NCBI GenBank assembly: GCA_018814765.1
Contig: JAHIZJ010000099.1
Location: 1 to 46,077 of the forward strand
DNA length: 46,077 nucleotides
Reading direction: 5' to 3'
From: Patescibacteria group bacterium
GTDB taxonomy: Bacteria; Patescibacteriota; Patescibacteriia; JAHIZJ01
The position numbers were made by a program, and so were the translations under genes. The notes beneath the pieces are model-generated. The model did not search any database. It was not told where the DNA came from and worked only from the letters and a program-made list of their open reading frames with translations. Positions 43,586 to 46,077 of this stretch are shown one piece after another. The stretch's first letter is position 1. Every line of letters starts with the position of its first letter.

Positions 43586-46077
43586 ATGTCTATACAAAAA
43601 AGCTACAATCTGACACAAATAAAAGTTTTTGAGTTATTAAAAACTCGTAAGTTCGGCTTGACTGGTAAGGAAGTCACTGCGCGTCAAAAGAAGTATGGCC
43701 AGAATTCTTTACCAGAGGGCCATCGCGCCTCCCGACTAATATTGTTATTAAACCAGTTCAAAAGCTCACTCGTCTATATACTATTAGGAGCGGCTGGGAT
43801 AAGTCTACTTTTAGAATCTTTTGTGGACATGTATGTTATTTTGTCTGCTGTTATTGTTAATGTAATAGTAGGATATGTCCAAGAGAGCCGAGCCATGAAA
43901 GCGATGGAGAAATTGAGAAGAATAGTCCAATTTCAAGCACTTGTGGTGCGCAATGGAGAAGAAAAAAACATTAATGTAAAAGACCTGGTTCCGGGTGATA
44001 TAGTTGTATTGGAGCCTGGCTATAAAATACCGGCTGATATTCGGTTTTTTGATACGGTCAATCTTAGGATTAACGAAGCACGATTGACCGGTGAATCACA
44101 CCCCGTTACAAAAACCACAAAACCATTAACCGGAGACTTGGTTTTAGCCGACAGAACAAATATGGGATTTATGGGTACTGTAGTAGTGGGTGGATCTGGC
44201 AGGGGTGTGGTTTGTCAGACAGGCACAGAAACAGAGCTGGGTCAGATAGCTCAGATGATTAAAGACACTAAAGAAGAGAAGACGCCCTTGCAAGAAAGGC
44301 TAAGCTCCCTCAGTAAACTTCTCGGGGGTATGATTTTATTGATCTGTTTATTCATTTTTGCTTTCGGATATTTTGCTGGTCATGGATTTCTAGAAATGTT
44401 TACTACTTCCGTAGCCATCGCAGTGGCGGCTATTCCAGAGGGCTTAGCTGTGGCTGTGACGGTAATTCTTGCGATTGGTATGCAGAGGATACTCAAACAC
44501 AAGGCCTTGGTGCGAAAACTAGTAGCGGCTGAAACTCTTGGTTCGACAACGGTTATCTGTACAGATAAAACCGGCACTCTAACAGAAGGTGAAATGAAAG
44601 TAGTAAGAGTTATCACCAATAATCAAGACTTTGAAACGCACGAAGACAAATTCAGAACCCATTTAAAAGAAACTGGTGCAAGCTTTATTAAAGCTCTTGA
44701 GATCGGCGTCTTATGCAATGATGCACACATTGAAAATGAGTATAGTGATATAAAAGACTGGGTGATCTTTGGTAATCCGACTGAGAAAGCTCTTATATTG
44801 GCGGGCAGTCAGGTTGGCTTGAACCGTAGTAATTTAGAGAAAGTTACCCCGCGCATTGATACTGTTCCCTTTACCTCTGAACGAAAGTTCATGATGACAC
44901 TACACCATGATAAAAAAGACAATAAGGTTATTTATCTGAAAGGTGCTCCTGAAAAAGTACTTGAAATGTCAGACTCGATAGATGTTGATGGAAAAATTGA
45001 AAAGCTTACCCCAGCAAAATTAGAAAAACTGAAAAAGCGCTATGAGTTGCTTAGCAATAAGGGCTTAAGAATTATTGCCTTAGCTTATCGATCTAGAGCA
45101 ATAGATTTTACCAAGATGATAGAGAGCCCCGGTTTATATGAACAATTTGTTTTTGTTGGATTTATGGGCATCAAAGACCCCCTAAGAAAAGAGACCAAAG
45201 AAACAATTGACCTATGTAAAAAGTCTGGTATAAAAATTGTGATGATAACGGGTGATCATAAATTAACAGCCCAAGCTATTGCAAATGAATTAGGCTTACC
45301 GGCTAAAGCAGAAAACGTACTCGAAGGGGCTGAAATGTCAAAAATGAATAACACGCAACTACAAGAACGCGTTAAGAAAATATCTGTCTATGCCCGAGTA
45401 ACCCCAAAGGATAAATTGCGCATAGTTGATGCTTGGCAGGCCATAGGAGAGGTGGTGGCTATGACCGGTGATGGGGTTAATGACGCCCCAGCTTTACGTG
45501 CCGCCGATATCGGTGTAGCAGTTGGATCTGGTACCGATATAGCCAAAGAAACAGCCAGCTTAATAATACTGGATGACAATTTTAAAACCATTGTTGAGGC
45601 TGTGCGTCAAGGGAGAGTAGTCTTTGACAATATCCGTAAGGTGGTGTTGTATTTACTTTCTGATAGCTTTTCTGAAGTAATAATGATTTCAGTATCTTTA
45701 CTTTTAGGTTTCCCACTTCCTTTGTTGGCTGCACAAATTCTTTGGATAAATTTGGTGACAGATGGATTTCCAGATATTGCCCTTACTCTTGAGCCACCCG
45801 AAAAAGCAGTTATGGAAGAGCCACCTATTCGTCGTGATGAACCTATTGTTAATAACGAAATGAAAATATTGATAGGTGTAATAAGCTTGGTCACTGGCTT
45901 GGTCACTCTGGGATTGTTCTATTTTTTTTACAAAGCTACTGACGATCTTGATTTAGCTCGAACCATCGCTTTCGTTTCAGTTGGTATCGACTCTCTGCTT
46001 TATGTCTTTAGCTGTAGATCGCTTCGTACATCTATCTTTAAAAAGAATCCATTCTCCAATATTTATTTAATTATTGC
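43586..46077 (+). CDS. P-type cation-transporting ATPase (type II-like), 3' end outside window
   Basis: Hand translation from ATG 43586 gives MSIQKSYNLTQIKVFELLKT...TGESHPV...ICTDKTGTLT (Asp codon at 44564, in frame)...VAMTGDGVNDAPALRAADIGVAVG. The frame is open to the window end, so the gene is absent from the ORF track. Confidence 0.9.
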   Translation, partial: MSIQKSYNLTQIKVFELLKTRKFGLTGKEVTARQKKYGQNSLPEGHRASRLILLLNQFKSSLVYILLGAAGISLLLESFVDMYVILSAVIVNVIVGYVQESRAMKAMEKLRRIVQFQALVVRNGEEKNINVKDLVPGDIVVLEPGYKIPADIRFFDTVNLRINEARLTGESHPVTKTTKPLTGDLVLADRTNMGFMGTVVVGGSGRGVVCQTGTETELGQIAQMIKDTKEEKTPLQERLSSLSKLLGGMILLICLFIFAFGYFAGHGFLEMFTTSVAIAVAAIPEGLAVAVTVILAIGMQRILKHKALVRKLVAAETLGSTTVICTDKTGTLTEGEMKVVRVITNNQDFETHEDKFRTHLKETGASFIKALEIGVLCNDAHIENEYSDIKDWVIFGNPTEKALILAGSQVGLNRSNLEKVTPRIDTVPFTSERKFMMTLHHDKKDNKVIYLKGAPEKVLEMSDSIDVDGKIEKLTPAKLEKLKKRYELLSNKGLRIIALAYRSRAIDFTKMIESPGLYEQFVFVGFMGIKDPLRKETKETIDLCKKSGIKIVMITGDHKLTAQAIANELGLPAKAENVLEGAEMSKMNNTQLQERVKKISVYARVTPKDKLRIVDAWQAIGEVVAMTGDGVNDAPALRAADIGVAVGSGTDIAKETASLIILDDNFKTIVEAVRQGRVVFDNIRKVVLYLLSDSFSEVIMISVSLLLGFPLPLLAAQILWINLVTDGFPDIALTLEPPEKAVMEEPPIRRDEPIVNNEMKILIGVISLVTGLVTLGLFYFFYKATDDLDLARTIAFVSVGIDSLLYVFSCRSLRTSIFKKNPFSNIYLII

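Overview
AT-rich window (about 37% GC in hand-counted lines) that reads entirely in the standard code. It is most consistent with a small-genome CPR/Patescibacteria-type bacterium: there is no L30 gene between rpsE and rplO, several ribosomal proteins carry Lys-rich extensions, and a type IV pilus locus is present. Layout: (1) 1-9110 is a type IV pilus locus. It holds the pilC 3' part, four paralogous major-pilin genes (two share an almost identical promoter, leader and N-terminal block; one carries a single in-frame TAG), an IS30-family element with a frameshifted transposase, a prepilin peptidase and four minor-pilin-like genes. (2) 9196-15399 holds housekeeping genes (ligA, gatCA, a stand-alone receiver, ndk, tRNA-Pro, rpmB, an M50 protease). 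(3) 15483-35406 holds the str/S10/spc ribosomal superoperon plus secY-adk-map-ruvX, a family 4 glycosyltransferase and rplU. Two exported hypothetical genes are inserted around fusA, and a 344-nt hairpin-rich spacer lies between rpsJ and rplC. (4) 35400-41620 holds recR-ybaB-dnaB (minus strand), a DnaQ-like exonuclease, hypothetical genes, a GIY-YIG protein and tRNA-Lys. This part also contains several repeats, including a 100-nt structured element present twice. (5) 41800-43550 is the most interesting part, a diversity-generating retroelement (DGR) signature. A roughly 65% GC target gene ends in a 67-nt variable repeat. That repeat differs from a downstream noncoding template repeat at 9 positions, all of them template adenines. 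Only the last ~80 codons of a DGR-type reverse transcriptase remain. (6) 43586 to the window end is a P-type ATPase gene that is absent from the ORF track because it runs off the window.
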